Shown here one piece after another: positions 55,171 to 64,000 of a stretch of DNA of 64,000 bases; positions within the stretch are counted from its first letter, which is position 1; each line of letters starts with the position of its first letter. Below the pieces are notes generated by a model. The model had not been told where the DNA came from and ran no database searches. It saw only the letters and a list, made by a program, of their open reading frames with translations. Source of the stretch: an uncultured bacterium (GTDB lineage: Bacteria > Zixibacteria > MSB-5A5 > CAIYYT01); assembly GCA_963726455.1 (NCBI GenBank), contig CAVSCK010000004.1, positions 231,844 to 295,843 of the forward strand. The letters run 5' to 3'. The position numbers and the translations under genes were made by a program.

Positions 55171-55576
55171 GACTTACAACAAGATGCAGAAACAAAAGGA
55201 GCTGTCGCAGGCGGAACGCCTGCGGCGCATGGAAGAGGCACATCTCGCAATGCTGCAAGAGCACTTGCGCAATGAATTAGCCGACCTGAAATCGCAGAAG
55301 CAAGAGAAGATCAATGTCTCACGCCTGACGCGGTCGATCTACTACCAGCAACGTCTGCTGACCAACATGGCGACTCAAGAACGAGTTATCGTGGAAGCAC
55401 GCCGCAAAGAAGATGTCAAACGCGTGAAGCTGATCGAAGCGACCAAGGAAGAAAAGACTTTCGAGAAATTGAAAGAGCGCCAGGAATTGCGATATCTAAT
55501 CGAACAGGATCACTTACTGCAAAAGGAAAATGACGAGATCAGCAAGAACGTCTTCATCAAGAACCAACAGCAGTAG
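55127..55576 (+). CDS. fliJ: flagellar export chaperone FliJ
   Basis: The ~149-aa protein is a charged coiled-coil. It sits downstream of fliI with an overlapping start. Confidence 0.65.
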   Translation: MKKFRFRLQKLLQVKTYNKMQKQKELSQAERLRRMEEAHLAMLQEHLRNELADLKSQKQEKINVSRLTRSIYYQQRLLTNMATQERVIVEARRKEDVKRVKLIEATKEEKTFEKLKERQELRYLIEQDHLLQKENDEISKNVFIKNQQQ

Positions 55577-55618
55577 CGGCACGATTCCTCGCACCGCATT
55601 AAATTCCCGGAATGTTAC

Positions 55619-56845
55619 TTATAGTGATGTGACCTTGGACGAGGTCATTTCTGCTTCATTGCCTCCCCAGGGCGACAGCACTTTGGAGAGAACGTAGAGA
55701 ATTACGAAGGGCAGTACGATCAAGCCCGCTGACGTGATCAGCCCCTCGATTCCGAACAATTCCAACTTGTACATGGTCAATCCGCGCAAGCTCTTGGAGA
55801 AGAGCTGTCCGCCGATCACGACGTTCCAGCGCGTGCTGAATATGCCGACCTGTACCAGAACTGCCGCCAGCAAGTAGGCCATTCTGCGCATCTCGTCGGG
55901 AAGTTTACCGAATCTGGCGACCGCGAGTGAAATAACCGGGATGATGGTACCCAACACGATTTGGCTAATGATCAAACTGATAAACAGTCTGCTGGAAATC
56001 ATCTGAGCGAGAATGGTGATCGATTCTTCCGACTCATACAGGCGCTGAACAAAATCGAGCATTTCCAGAGAGAAGTCCACCAGGATCGCGTAGAACAACA
56101 ACTCCGCCAGCTTGTTCATGCAGGGCATGCTGACCTGCTTCCAACGGAACATAGTCGAGATCATGTATATCAAGAGCACAATGGCTATGCCGGAGACAAT
56201 CGCCGAGAACAGAAACACTATCGGCATCAGCACGCTGCTCCACCATGGATTGGCTTTCACTGAGCCAAAGATAAACCCAACGTATCCATGCAGCAGGAAC
56301 GCCGAAGGAATACCTATGATCGTAATGACGCGACCAATCTTGTTGTCGAAATCAATAGCGGTGGGCGATATATCAGTGGCGCCGAAAGTTAGCGTGCGAT
56401 AAACATACTTTATAAAACCGGACTTGGTGCCTGCCCAGGCCACGATGTCGCGGCGATAATCAAACCAGATTTCCAACAGCAGAACCACCATCAAATACCA
56501 GGCATAGACAAATCCAAACATTGCCATCGCCGATTGTGTGTGAGGCGTGAGAAACATTTCGGCAAAGCGCTCGGGATGTCCGAGATGTGCCAATAGCGGA
56601 AGTGGTGCAACCAGCAAGAATGACAACGCGGTCAGAAGCGACAGCCGATATACCGGCTGCAACGCCTTCACGTTGAACACTCGTTCCAGCGATGCAAGAA
56701 TGAAGGCGCCGGCGACGAGACCGGTGAGATACGGATACACGACGATCAGGATGCTCCAGTGGAGTTCGTACTCGTTGGGATACATGTAACCCGTGACGTT
56801 GGGTAGATCGGTCGCCCATCTCGTGATATCGATCATCGAAATCAT
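55619..56845 (-). CDS. NrfD/PsrC-family polytopic membrane quinol dehydrogenase subunit
   Basis: The ~10 TM helices follow the NrfD family pattern. The start overlaps the upstream FeS gene (ATGA). Confidence 0.8.
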   Translation of the reverse strand: MISMIDITRWATDLPNVTGYMYPNEYELHWSILIVVYPYLTGLVAGAFILASLERVFNVKALQPVYRLSLLTALSFLLVAPLPLLAHLGHPERFAEMFLTPHTQSAMAMFGFVYAWYLMVVLLLEIWFDYRRDIVAWAGTKSGFIKYVYRTLTFGATDISPTAIDFDNKIGRVITIIGIPSAFLLHGYVGFIFGSVKANPWWSSVLMPIVFLFSAIVSGIAIVLLIYMISTMFRWKQVSMPCMNKLAELLFYAILVDFSLEMLDFVQRLYESEESITILAQMISSRLFISLIISQIVLGTIIPVISLAVARFGKLPDEMRRMAYLLAAVLVQVGIFSTRWNVVIGGQLFSKSLRGLTMYKLELFGIEGLITSAGLIVLPFVILYVLSKVLSPWGGNEAEMTSSKVTSL

Positions 56846-57630
56846 CTTACTTCCTCATCTGCGCCTGCATAATAAACTTTGGGTCGCGTGTTCAGCCAGG
56901 ATTTCAGCACCGTAACATCATTGAAGCGCAGGAATCTGCGTAGCGGACTGCTCTGCAAACCGGCTTCACCGAAAATGCGTGCCTGAGTCGGGCATACTTC
57001 GACGCAAGCGGGGACTTGACCATTGACTATCCGGTGATAGCAGAATGTGCATTTGTCTGCGACTTTCTTGACCGGGTGCAGATAGCGCGCCCCGTATGGG
57101 CAGGCCTGTATGCAATAGCGACAGCCGACGCAATAGGATTGATCGACGAGCACGACTCCGTCACGTGATTGGAATGTTGCTCCGACGGGGCACACCTGTA
57201 CGCACGGAGGTTTGGCGCAATGATTGCAAAGCTTGGGAACGAAGAACGTCCTGAGGATATCTTTTTCCTTGGCAACTTCCGGGAAACCGTCAATTCCGCC
57301 ATTGGGGCTGTCGACTTGGGTCTCGCCCTGGTTGGGAACGATGTAGCGCTCGACCCAGGTGCGGAAGTAGATGGGTTCGCGCGGCACTTCGTTCTCTGTC
57401 TTGCAGGCATTGGCGCATCTGCCACAACCGATGCACTTATGAACGTCAACGCCCATCGCATAATCGTGCTGCGTGGGATCATATTTCGAGGTACTGTCAG
57501 CGGGAGCTTCCTCAGCGCCCAGCAATTCGGTCGGCTTGATGAACTTGAAAACAAGTAGCCATGCCGGGATGGTCTTGACTACCGATTCAAAGAACTCACG
57601 GCGAGGCATTTTCGGAGTTTGATCTTCCAT
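56842..57630 (-). CDS. Tat-secreted 4x[4Fe-4S] ferredoxin subunit (NrfC/PsrB/DmsB-like)
   Basis: A twin-arginine signal (RREFFESVV) is present. Four Cys clusters occur (CIGCGRCANAC, CNHCAKPPCVQVC, CVGCRYCIQACP, CTFC...CVEVCP). Confidence 0.8.
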   Translation of the reverse strand: MEDQTPKMPRREFFESVVKTIPAWLLVFKFIKPTELLGAEEAPADSTSKYDPTQHDYAMGVDVHKCIGCGRCANACKTENEVPREPIYFRTWVERYIVPNQGETQVDSPNGGIDGFPEVAKEKDILRTFFVPKLCNHCAKPPCVQVCPVGATFQSRDGVVLVDQSYCVGCRYCIQACPYGARYLHPVKKVADKCTFCYHRIVNGQVPACVEVCPTQARIFGEAGLQSSPLRRFLRFNDVTVLKSWLNTRPKVYYAGADEEVR

Positions 57631-58373
57631 TACCTTGCCTCCGGGAAGTGGGGATAATGACACTGCCAGCAGACCACATCGCCGCCATGGCTGGCGAGAT
57701 CGATTCGAGGAATTTCGGACGGCGAATCAGCGCCCTGAGCATGGCACTCGCCGCAAAGGTCGCGCTTCGTCGGCTTGACGGCGGCAACAGTCCGTGGTTC
57801 GAGCAAATGCTGCGGTGGAACAGTATGGCAACGAGTGCAGGGAAGGGCAGCATGTACAGACACTGCCTTCTGGTTAACAATGCCTCGATGACACGTGCTG
57901 CATTCTTCTGCTTCCGGTTTAAGTTGCGGGCTATGGGAATTGTGACAACTCGTACATGCCTTGCCGGGATTATGAGTCTCCGGAATTATTTGCGGAAATC
58001 CTGTTGGGCGCGATGGATTATAGGCATGGCACAGTTGGCAGTAGTCACGTCCCTTCGGTATCGAAGGCAAAGTTTCATCCGGCGCATTGGCGTGTGCCGC
58101 TGCCGCTCCGTGACAAGTTTCACAAGCCAGCCCTTTGTGGGAGCCCAGTTGCTTCGTTTGGAAAATATCATCGTGGCATTCAACACAAACTCGGTAACCG
58201 GCATAAACCGGTTTGAGCGCAGCAATCTCATCGACGGCATTTGCCCGGTAGAAACCGTATTTTCCAAATGAATCGGGCACCAAAAAATGGCGCGCGGAAA
58301 CTAATGCTAACCCGGCCAGCGCAAAAAGCACGATTGGCGGTATCAGTTGGGAGGGAATTTTACGCTGACTCAC
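57630..58373 (-). CDS. octaheme c-type cytochrome (8 CxxCH) with N-terminal signal anchor
   Basis: Eight CxxCH motifs are present (CVECH, CETCH, CQLCH, CTSCH, CSTCH, CTRCH, CGECH, CWQCH). The start is GTG. The stop overlaps the FeS start by 1 nt. Confidence 0.8.
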   Translation of the reverse strand: MSQRKIPSQLIPPIVLFALAGLALVSARHFLVPDSFGKYGFYRANAVDEIAALKPVYAGYRVCVECHDDIFQTKQLGSHKGLACETCHGAAAAHANAPDETLPSIPKGRDYCQLCHAYNPSRPTGFPQIIPETHNPGKACTSCHNSHSPQLKPEAEECSTCHRGIVNQKAVSVHAALPCTRCHTVPPQHLLEPRTVAAVKPTKRDLCGECHAQGADSPSEIPRIDLASHGGDVVCWQCHYPHFPEAR

Positions 58374-58406
58374 TTTTCCACTTGCATTCCAGATAAAATC
58401 GAGTAG

Positions 58407-58435
58407 ATTATAACAAGTTCACATTGGTCAGGCAA
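58407..58435 (-). promoter_or_regulatory. sigma70 promoter TTGCCT-17-TATAAT for the cytochrome/FeS/NrfD operon
   Basis: On the minus strand the sequence reads TTGCCTgaccaatgtgaacttgtTATAAT, about 30 nt upstream of the GTG start. Confidence 0.4.
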
Positions 58436-58540
58436 GATAATTTTTTCACAGAGTTGAAATTTTGAGTTTCTTGCCGGCCCACTTCAAATAGCAAAATAAA
58501 GAACTGACGCACTTCATAGATTTTCGAGAGGAGAACCGCC

Positions 58541-58672
58541 ATGAGTATGTGGTTGGTAGGCGTTCTGGTGTTCTTTGCCGTATCCTTGGTTGCGCTAGTG
58601 ATTTCGGTGGGGCTATTCGGGTGGGTATTCTGGAGAAACAAAAACAACAGTCAGAGTATAGATCCAAGCTAG
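58541..58672 (+). CDS. small (43 aa) single-TM hydrophobic protein
   Basis: The ORF was found by manual reading. A GAGAGGAG RBS lies 8 nt upstream. The product is MSMWLVGVLVFFAVSLVALVISVGLFGWVFWRNKNNSQSIDPS, shorter than the ORF-track cutoff. Confidence 0.3.
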   Translation: MSMWLVGVLVFFAVSLVALVISVGLFGWVFWRNKNNSQSIDPS

Positions 58673-58886
58673 AATGACAATCCAATTCAGGTAGACCGAA
58701 AGCGTAGAAGTCAGCTCAATTCCTTTCATTGAATTTACACGAGTCCCTCTGTGGGATTTCCCAAGTCGAACATCATGCGTGCCGAAGTTGATTCGGCAAC
58801 ATGCAGGTAGGAGGTGTTAATCTATTCAAAGTAGGTTAACGAGTCCGGGAGACCCCGGTCTCTTGGCGACTCTTCTTCTCCCAAAG

Positions 58887-58918
58887 AAAAAGCCCTCGCA
58901 AGGTGCGAGGGCTTTTTG
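58887..58918. terminator. bidirectional rho-independent terminator (A5-hairpin-T5)
   Basis: The sequence aaaaagccctcgca-aggt-gcgagggcttttt lies 20 nt downstream of the stop of the 58937-61027 minus-strand gene. Confidence 0.8.
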
Positions 58919-58936
58919 CTTGATAGGTGAACTTGT

Positions 58937-61027
58937 TTACTTCATCAGCATCATTTTTCGAGTCATGCTGAAATTGTCGGTGGTCAAGCGGTAGAAATAG
59001 ACACCGCTCTGTACATCTCGGCCGCTCTCGTCTTTGCCGCTCCACACCGCCTGTTTTCTACCTGCGGATTCGAAGCCGTTAACGATGTCGACGACTTTCT
59101 GGCCGAGCACGTTGTATACCGTCAGGGTTACATGGCTGGGTGTCGCGAGATTGTACTCAATGACCGTCTCAGGATTGAACGGGTTGGGATAGTTCTGATT
59201 GAGACTAAAGCTGGTCGGCAGACTGCCCTGATTGTCATCCACGCCGGTCGCCTGGTCAACTATCAGGCGCACGTTGATCGTGTCCATGTCAAAGGTGACG
59301 CCGAGCGACTTCGCCGTCGCAGTCTGTTCAATGATAACCTGAGTAGTGTACGTGCCCATTCCCAAGCCCGTAATATCGACGTTGAAAGTGACAGTCGAGG
59401 GAGAGGTGCCGGTGGTCGCTGACATAGACAACCACGGTGACGTCTCAATGGCTCCCCAATTGAACTGCATTCCCGACGGAATAGCGTTCGTGATCACAAC
59501 TTCCTGTCCCGGAGGATTCTGGCCGTTCTCATGGGCGGTGAAGCGCAACGAGTCGGGAGTCAACAGGATGTCGACCGGGTTCAGTACGGTGAGATTTACC
59601 GTAAGAAGTTGAGGCGAGTTGTTGGCCTCAGGAGAAGTGACTGTAACATTGCCGGTGTATGCGCCGGGGGCCAAGCCGGTAATGTCAACATTGACTGTAA
59701 ATCCGGACGGAGCCGTGCCGCTGGCGCTTGACAGCGAGAACCACGCAGTTGCTTCAGCCGCGTTCCACGTCAAGGTGCCGTTGCCGGCGTTGGTGATCAC
59801 GGTTCCCTTGCCCGCAGGATTGGCGCCGCCGGCATAAGCGCTGAACGTCAGCGTATCCGGATCAATTTTCATAACCGGGACAGCGGAGGCAATCGTAAAC
59901 GCGGCCGTGTCGGAACTCGCCAACGCACCCGGATCAGTTGCTGTGAAGATAATGTGTTCTGTGCCGCTCCAGGAGGGTGACGGCTTGGTGATGGTGGCGA
60001 CGTGTGCCGGGCTGATTGCGACCGTGAGAGCGACGTTACCGGCATAGGTCCACACCAATTCCGCCGGGGTGTTATCCGGGTCGGTTACGTAGCTGTCGAG
60101 ATTGATCGTGGCAAAATCGGCACCGTAAGCAAGACTCTGATCGGGAATGCCAGAAACATGCGGCGGGTCGTTGACTGGAGTTACGGTGAATCGCGCAGTG
60201 TCTGAACCGGTTAATCCGCCCGGATCGGTCGCCGTGAATGTAAAGACGGCGCTGCCGGAGAATTCACCGGCGGAGTAGCTAATCGTTGCCACTCTGGTCG
60301 AGGGCGCAATTACGACGCTGAATCCATTGGGACTGGCAGACGTAGCTCCCCAGACCATGGCGCTGGCCGGACTCTCGGCGTCGGTAACGTAATTATCGAG
60401 AGTAATCGTGGCGAACGTGCCGTGTTCCGCAACTGTCTGATTCGGAATATCGCTAACGACCGGCGCCGTATTGGACGACGGACATTGCGAGCCACCGATA
60501 ATGACATCGCCGGTTCCACAGTCGGAATAGCCCGGCTCGATCTTGTTGCCGATTACAGGCGAAAAGATGAACGCGCCGGCAGGGGGAACAAATGCAGAAT
60601 CAATATCGACGCACTGGTATGCCGCGCCGGGAAGGATCCTCATGTACATGGTGAATACCAGACCGTCAGTCTGCGGCGTAACCGGGGTTGAGCCGGAGAA
60701 ATCGACCCAGCCGATCAGTACCAGGCCACTTGCCGGTACAAACTTCTTCTGCAGCGGTCCCGCGGCCAATATCGATCCGGCCATGCTGATTGACGTAATC
60801 TGTACGGTACTGGAGTTGTAATGGAAACCCAGTGAAAAACCGCCTAAGTCAACGTCGTTGGTGATGCGGACCGGTATAGCGACCGAGTCACCGACTACAA
60901 CGGTCGGTTTTATCACCGGACAATCAATTCGCACCGAGTTGGCGGCCGGTAAAGGTGTTGATCCCAAGGTGATCTCGAATGCGAGGACAAGCATCACGAG
61001 CAAAAGGACCTTTGACTGATTTCTCAT
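58937..61027 (-). CDS. large secreted multi-domain protein (cohesin-like N-domain, tandem Ig/cadherin-like repeats) with T9SS C-terminal sorting domain
   Basis: The signal peptide is MRNQSKVLLLVMLVLAF. A GGAGG RBS precedes the ATG at 61027. Internal repeats are present (PVNDPPHVSGIPDQSLAYGADFATINLDSYVTD and APVVSDIPNQTVAEHGTFATITLDNYVTD; also DTLTFSAY... and DSLRFTAH...). The C-terminus (NYPNPFNPETVIEY...VYNVLGQ...SGVYFYRL) is a T9SS sorting domain. Confidence 0.75.
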   Translation of the reverse strand: MRNQSKVLLLVMLVLAFEITLGSTPLPAANSVRIDCPVIKPTVVVGDSVAIPVRITNDVDLGGFSLGFHYNSSTVQITSISMAGSILAAGPLQKKFVPASGLVLIGWVDFSGSTPVTPQTDGLVFTMYMRILPGAAYQCVDIDSAFVPPAGAFIFSPVIGNKIEPGYSDCGTGDVIIGGSQCPSSNTAPVVSDIPNQTVAEHGTFATITLDNYVTDAESPASAMVWGATSASPNGFSVVIAPSTRVATISYSAGEFSGSAVFTFTATDPGGLTGSDTARFTVTPVNDPPHVSGIPDQSLAYGADFATINLDSYVTDPDNTPAELVWTYAGNVALTVAISPAHVATITKPSPSWSGTEHIIFTATDPGALASSDTAAFTIASAVPVMKIDPDTLTFSAYAGGANPAGKGTVITNAGNGTLTWNAAEATAWFSLSSASGTAPSGFTVNVDITGLAPGAYTGNVTVTSPEANNSPQLLTVNLTVLNPVDILLTPDSLRFTAHENGQNPPGQEVVITNAIPSGMQFNWGAIETSPWLSMSATTGTSPSTVTFNVDITGLGMGTYTTQVIIEQTATAKSLGVTFDMDTINVRLIVDQATGVDDNQGSLPTSFSLNQNYPNPFNPETVIEYNLATPSHVTLTVYNVLGQKVVDIVNGFESAGRKQAVWSGKDESGRDVQSGVYFYRLTTDNFSMTRKMMLMK

Positions 61028-61353
61028 AGGGGAGTACCTCCTAAATGTGTTTGCAACCATTCGCTGGCCGTAATAACGCAAATGGCGTGCGCGGACTCTT
61101 CGGGGAGTAGTTTTCGGCTGTGGTTTTGTTGCACAGACAACAAGCTGTTCTTGCTCAACACGTTCTACCAATCGCGATATAGACGTGCAACATAGGCAGA
61201 TTGCTTAATGCATTAGTTTAAGGTGAAGAGCTTTGCACTATAGCTGCAAGCGTTGCAGAAATGGTGGCTTTTGGCTTGCCAAGTCCAAGGGGTTTTGCTA
61301 TTTATCCGTAACAAACGCTACGAACATAGCCACTGAAAATGAGGATAGAAGAA

Positions 61354-62370
61354 ATGAAACCGAAGTCCATCGCAGTAATCACGGTAATTATTCTAGTGAT
61401 TTTTCCATTAATGCTTTCCTGCGGCCAGAAACAGCAGGAAAATCAGGCATCCACGGGCCAGGCGCAGCAGTCGACGACTACCCCGGGCACGACGCAACAG
61501 GCCGCTGGCCAACCAGTATCTGAACCAACGAAACCGGCGCCGACGGCACCGGCAGCTTTTGGCGGTGTCGAGAAGCGGCTAACCGATACGCTGTTGGCAA
61601 TGTGGCAGGTAAAGGGTCACCTGACCTCAATCGATCAAGCGGCGAAAATGCTCGGGCTGACGGTCGACGACAGTGTGCGTATCGACATGATGAAGAAGTT
61701 TGAAGAAAATCTGGGCATCTCAGAGAAGCTCACACGTTATCGTCCATACACCTTCATTCTGACTAACCAGGAGAAATTGATCGCCCAGTACATCCTCAAC
61801 GAAGAGAAGCAGAACCGGCAATTCCCGGCGGTGGCGAAAGTGTCGTCTGACCTCAAAGTCGCCGAGACTGAGCTCAAGAGCCGTCTTAAATTCCTCGCTG
61901 CAGTCGGCATGCTTTACGACCTTGGTAAGCCGGACGAGAACAACGGACTGGGTTACAGTTTTGGTTCATCGCTGAGCAATTTCACTTATGACATGGGCCT
62001 GCGGTTTCATGTCTTCTATGTGAACGACCAATTGCCGTTCAATGTCGGCTGTGCCAAAGAAGCGTTTTACCTTCTAGCCACGGAATTTCGCAACGACAAA
62101 GTGAAATACGAGACTGTTGATCCATTGACCCTGGCGCCGATCCAAGTGGATTTCGATAAGGGACAAATAGCATCCATTACACCTCCGGAAGCGAAATTCA
62201 TTGAGGGCGGTACTTGTGGAGCGAACGTTCTCTGCACATCCGCGGAGAATGCCGCTGCCTGGATCAAGACGCAACCGCGCATGATGCAGCAACAGCCGCC
62301 GGTATATGATATTCGCGAGCGCTACAGCCAAATTACGGGGGAAGCAGCAGCACAATCGGGGGGGAAATAG
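61354..62370 (+). CDS. lipoprotein, function unknown (Thr/Gln/Pro-rich linker then globular domain)
   Basis: A signal peptide with lipobox (LMLSCG) is present. No domain was recognised. Confidence 0.5.
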   Translation: MKPKSIAVITVIILVIFPLMLSCGQKQQENQASTGQAQQSTTTPGTTQQAAGQPVSEPTKPAPTAPAAFGGVEKRLTDTLLAMWQVKGHLTSIDQAAKMLGLTVDDSVRIDMMKKFEENLGISEKLTRYRPYTFILTNQEKLIAQYILNEEKQNRQFPAVAKVSSDLKVAETELKSRLKFLAAVGMLYDLGKPDENNGLGYSFGSSLSNFTYDMGLRFHVFYVNDQLPFNVGCAKEAFYLLATEFRNDKVKYETVDPLTLAPIQVDFDKGQIASITPPEAKFIEGGTCGANVLCTSAENAAAWIKTQPRMMQQQPPVYDIRERYSQITGEAAAQSGGK

Positions 62371-62452
62371 TCCGACACTCGCCGGTTGAACCCTACATTC
62401 TATCCTTGAAGAGTCAATCGTTGAGCAGTTCGCCGTCGCCATTGCGAACAAC

Positions 62453-62758
62453 TTGCTCGAAATTTACTCAGAGTCAAAGTTTGCCTCAATTCTGCCGGCC
62501 TGTCCGTCGATAAAAGGGATAGAAAGGCATATACTTCGGAAGGGAGCAGTCTTGCCTAGAGATCGTCTTGTAACGAAATGCCAGTATGTCGACGTCTGCT
62601 ATTTGGCGGAAGCCCTGCAATGCTATGGATATAAGCTTGATTGCGTTCTCTACACAAAATCCAATGACGGCAAAGTCACTGAAGAGGATTTCCACTCAGC
62701 GATCAATCGGCTGATCGACAAAACCAAGGCCAAGCACCTGCACTTTCAGGGGATATGA
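62453..62758 (+). CDS. hypothetical protein (TTG start only; no internal Met)
   Basis: The ORF is open for 101 codons with no ATG in frame. Coding status is doubtful. Confidence 0.2.
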   Translation: MLEIYSESKFASILPACPSIKGIERHILRKGAVLPRDRLVTKCQYVDVCYLAEALQCYGYKLDCVLYTKSNDGKVTEEDFHSAINRLIDKTKAKHLHFQGI

Positions 62759-62918
62759 TGGTGCCCTAACATCCCCAGCAACACTGAGAAGAATCATTTC
62801 AACAGCGTGGAAAGAATTTCTCTCCCGCCTCGGCTAACCGGTTTCCCGCTACTTATCTTGAAATCATAACAGCGTACTGCCCAAGTACTTATCACCATTT
62901 TCGTTTGCGCTCGTCGAT

Positions 62919-62934
62919 TGGCAACCCTCTTGCA
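62919..62934 (+). promoter_or_regulatory. candidate sigma54 promoter TGGCAA-N5-TTGCA
   Basis: The -24 GG and -12 GC have exact spacing, about 25 nt upstream of the flgF ATG. Confidence 0.55.
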
Positions 62935-62958
62935 ATATGCCAACGTCGGAAGTGCTAT

Positions 62959-63687
62959 ATGATTAAAGGCATTCAGAAAATTGCAACGTCAATGGTTCCG
63001 CGCATGCGGCTGCAAGAAGTGGTCGCCAACAACCTCGCCAATGCCGAGACCGCGGGCTACAAGAAGGATTCCATTTTTCTGCGATATGTCAAGGAGCAGC
63101 AGGGCCTCAACAGCAAGCTGGCTCCGTCCTGGGAGACGCGAATGATTGACAAACTTTATACCGACTATACCGAAGGATCGCTCGACCGCACCGATCAGCA
63201 GCTTGATCTGGCGATTCAGGGCGACGGTTTCTTTGTGGTGCAGACACCAAACGGAGAAGCGTACACGCGCAACGGTTCGTTCAGTATTTCTCCCTCGGGG
63301 CAGCTTGTCAACGCCGACAATTATCCGGTCTTGACCGACGGCGGTCCGCTTACAGTTCAGGGCGGCACACTCTCCGTCTCCGAAACCGGCCAGGTGTCCG
63401 TCGATAACCAGTCGCTGGGAACTTTGCGGGTCGTTGACTTCCCCAAGCCATATCAATTGACCAAGGTAAACGGCTCAGTATTCACAGCCCCCACGGGCGT
63501 CACTCCGACACAGGCAAGTTCGGTAGTGGTCCGACAGGGATTTCTCGAAAAGTCGAATGTTGATGTGCTGAAGGAGATGGTCGAGATGATCGAATCCTAT
63601 CGCATGTTTGAAACCGGCCAGCGGATGATCCAGATCCAGGATGAATCCCTCGGCAAGGCCGTGAATGAACTGCCCAGAAAGGTCTAA
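62959..63687 (+). CDS. flgF: flagellar basal-body rod protein FlgF
   Basis: The N-terminal motif NNLANAETAGYKKD and the C-terminal VDVLKEMVEMIESYRMFET motif are present. The ATG is at 62959. Confidence 0.8.
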   Translation: MIKGIQKIATSMVPRMRLQEVVANNLANAETAGYKKDSIFLRYVKEQQGLNSKLAPSWETRMIDKLYTDYTEGSLDRTDQQLDLAIQGDGFFVVQTPNGEAYTRNGSFSISPSGQLVNADNYPVLTDGGPLTVQGGTLSVSETGQVSVDNQSLGTLRVVDFPKPYQLTKVNGSVFTAPTGVTPTQASSVVVRQGFLEKSNVDVLKEMVEMIESYRMFETGQRMIQIQDESLGKAVNELPRKV

Positions 63688-63713
63688 GGGGAGAGGATAG
63701 AATATGATTAGAG

Positions 63714-64000
63714 CATTACGAACCGCTGCGTCGGGTATGAGCGCGCAGCAAATGAACGTCGACAATATCGCGAACAACCTCGCGAACGTGAATACCACGG
63801 GTTTCAAGAAAGCGAAAGTTGAATTTCAGGATATCATGTACCAAACCCTGCGCAAGCCGGGTGTGTTGTCCTCCACCGGAGCTACCACGCCGACAGCGCT
63901 TGACATCGGGTATGGAACCAGACCGGTAGCGACGACTCGACAGTATTCGGTCGGCGAACTGCAGCAGACCGGCAACCCGCTCGACATTGCCGTTGACGGC
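63714..64000 (+). CDS. flgG: flagellar basal-body rod protein FlgG (5' part; continues past window end)
   Basis: The product reads MIRALRTAASGMSAQQMNVDNIANNLANVNTTGFKK.., which is the canonical FlgG N-terminus. A GAGAGGA RBS is present. Confidence 0.8.

Overview
This 64 kb window looks like a chromosomal segment from a Gram-negative bacterium of an uncultivated FCB-group-like lineage. GC content is about 52%. The lineage guess is an inference from T9SS C-terminal sorting domains, a DUF5686 outer-membrane protein, DUF1573 proteins, and flagellar genes sitting beside a multiheme cytochrome operon. Gene density is high and no transposases, integrases, CRISPR arrays or rRNA genes are visible. Most of the content is housekeeping: a pdp/deoC/cdd nucleoside salvage run, queC/queE/queF, glyA, purD, nrdR, tatC, archease plus rtcB, apt, acyP, rlmI, and four tRNAs (Gly-GCC, Cys-GCA, Pro-CGG, Arg-CCT). 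A large flagellar region contains two divergently arranged motAB stator sets, flgBC-fliEFGHIJ and flgFG. It is interrupted by an octaheme cytochrome c / Tat-dependent FeS / NrfD-like quinol dehydrogenase operon and by T9SS cargo genes. The most unusual items are listed below.
- A YprA/MrfA-type DUF1998 helicase is translationally coupled to a small archaemetzincin-like protein that has lost its HEXXH catalytic residues but keeps the Cys4 zinc ribbon.
- A glycogen synthase gene is split by a +1 frameshift. It sits in a non-canonical cluster of a Zn-ribbon protein, a left-handed beta-helix nucleotidyltransferase-like protein, a GalT-like protein and GlgA, with no glgC in the window.
- Candidate sigma54 promoters lie upstream of flgB and flgFG, and a candidate sigma28 promoter lies upstream of the second stator pair.
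- queC and queF appear to be transcribed from divergent promoters that would give leaderless mRNAs.
- An unknown 75-aa ORF sits between flgC and fliE.
- Secreted proteins carry cohesin-like and dockerin-like modules together with T9SS sorting domains.
- The first 560 nt contain no convincing gene.
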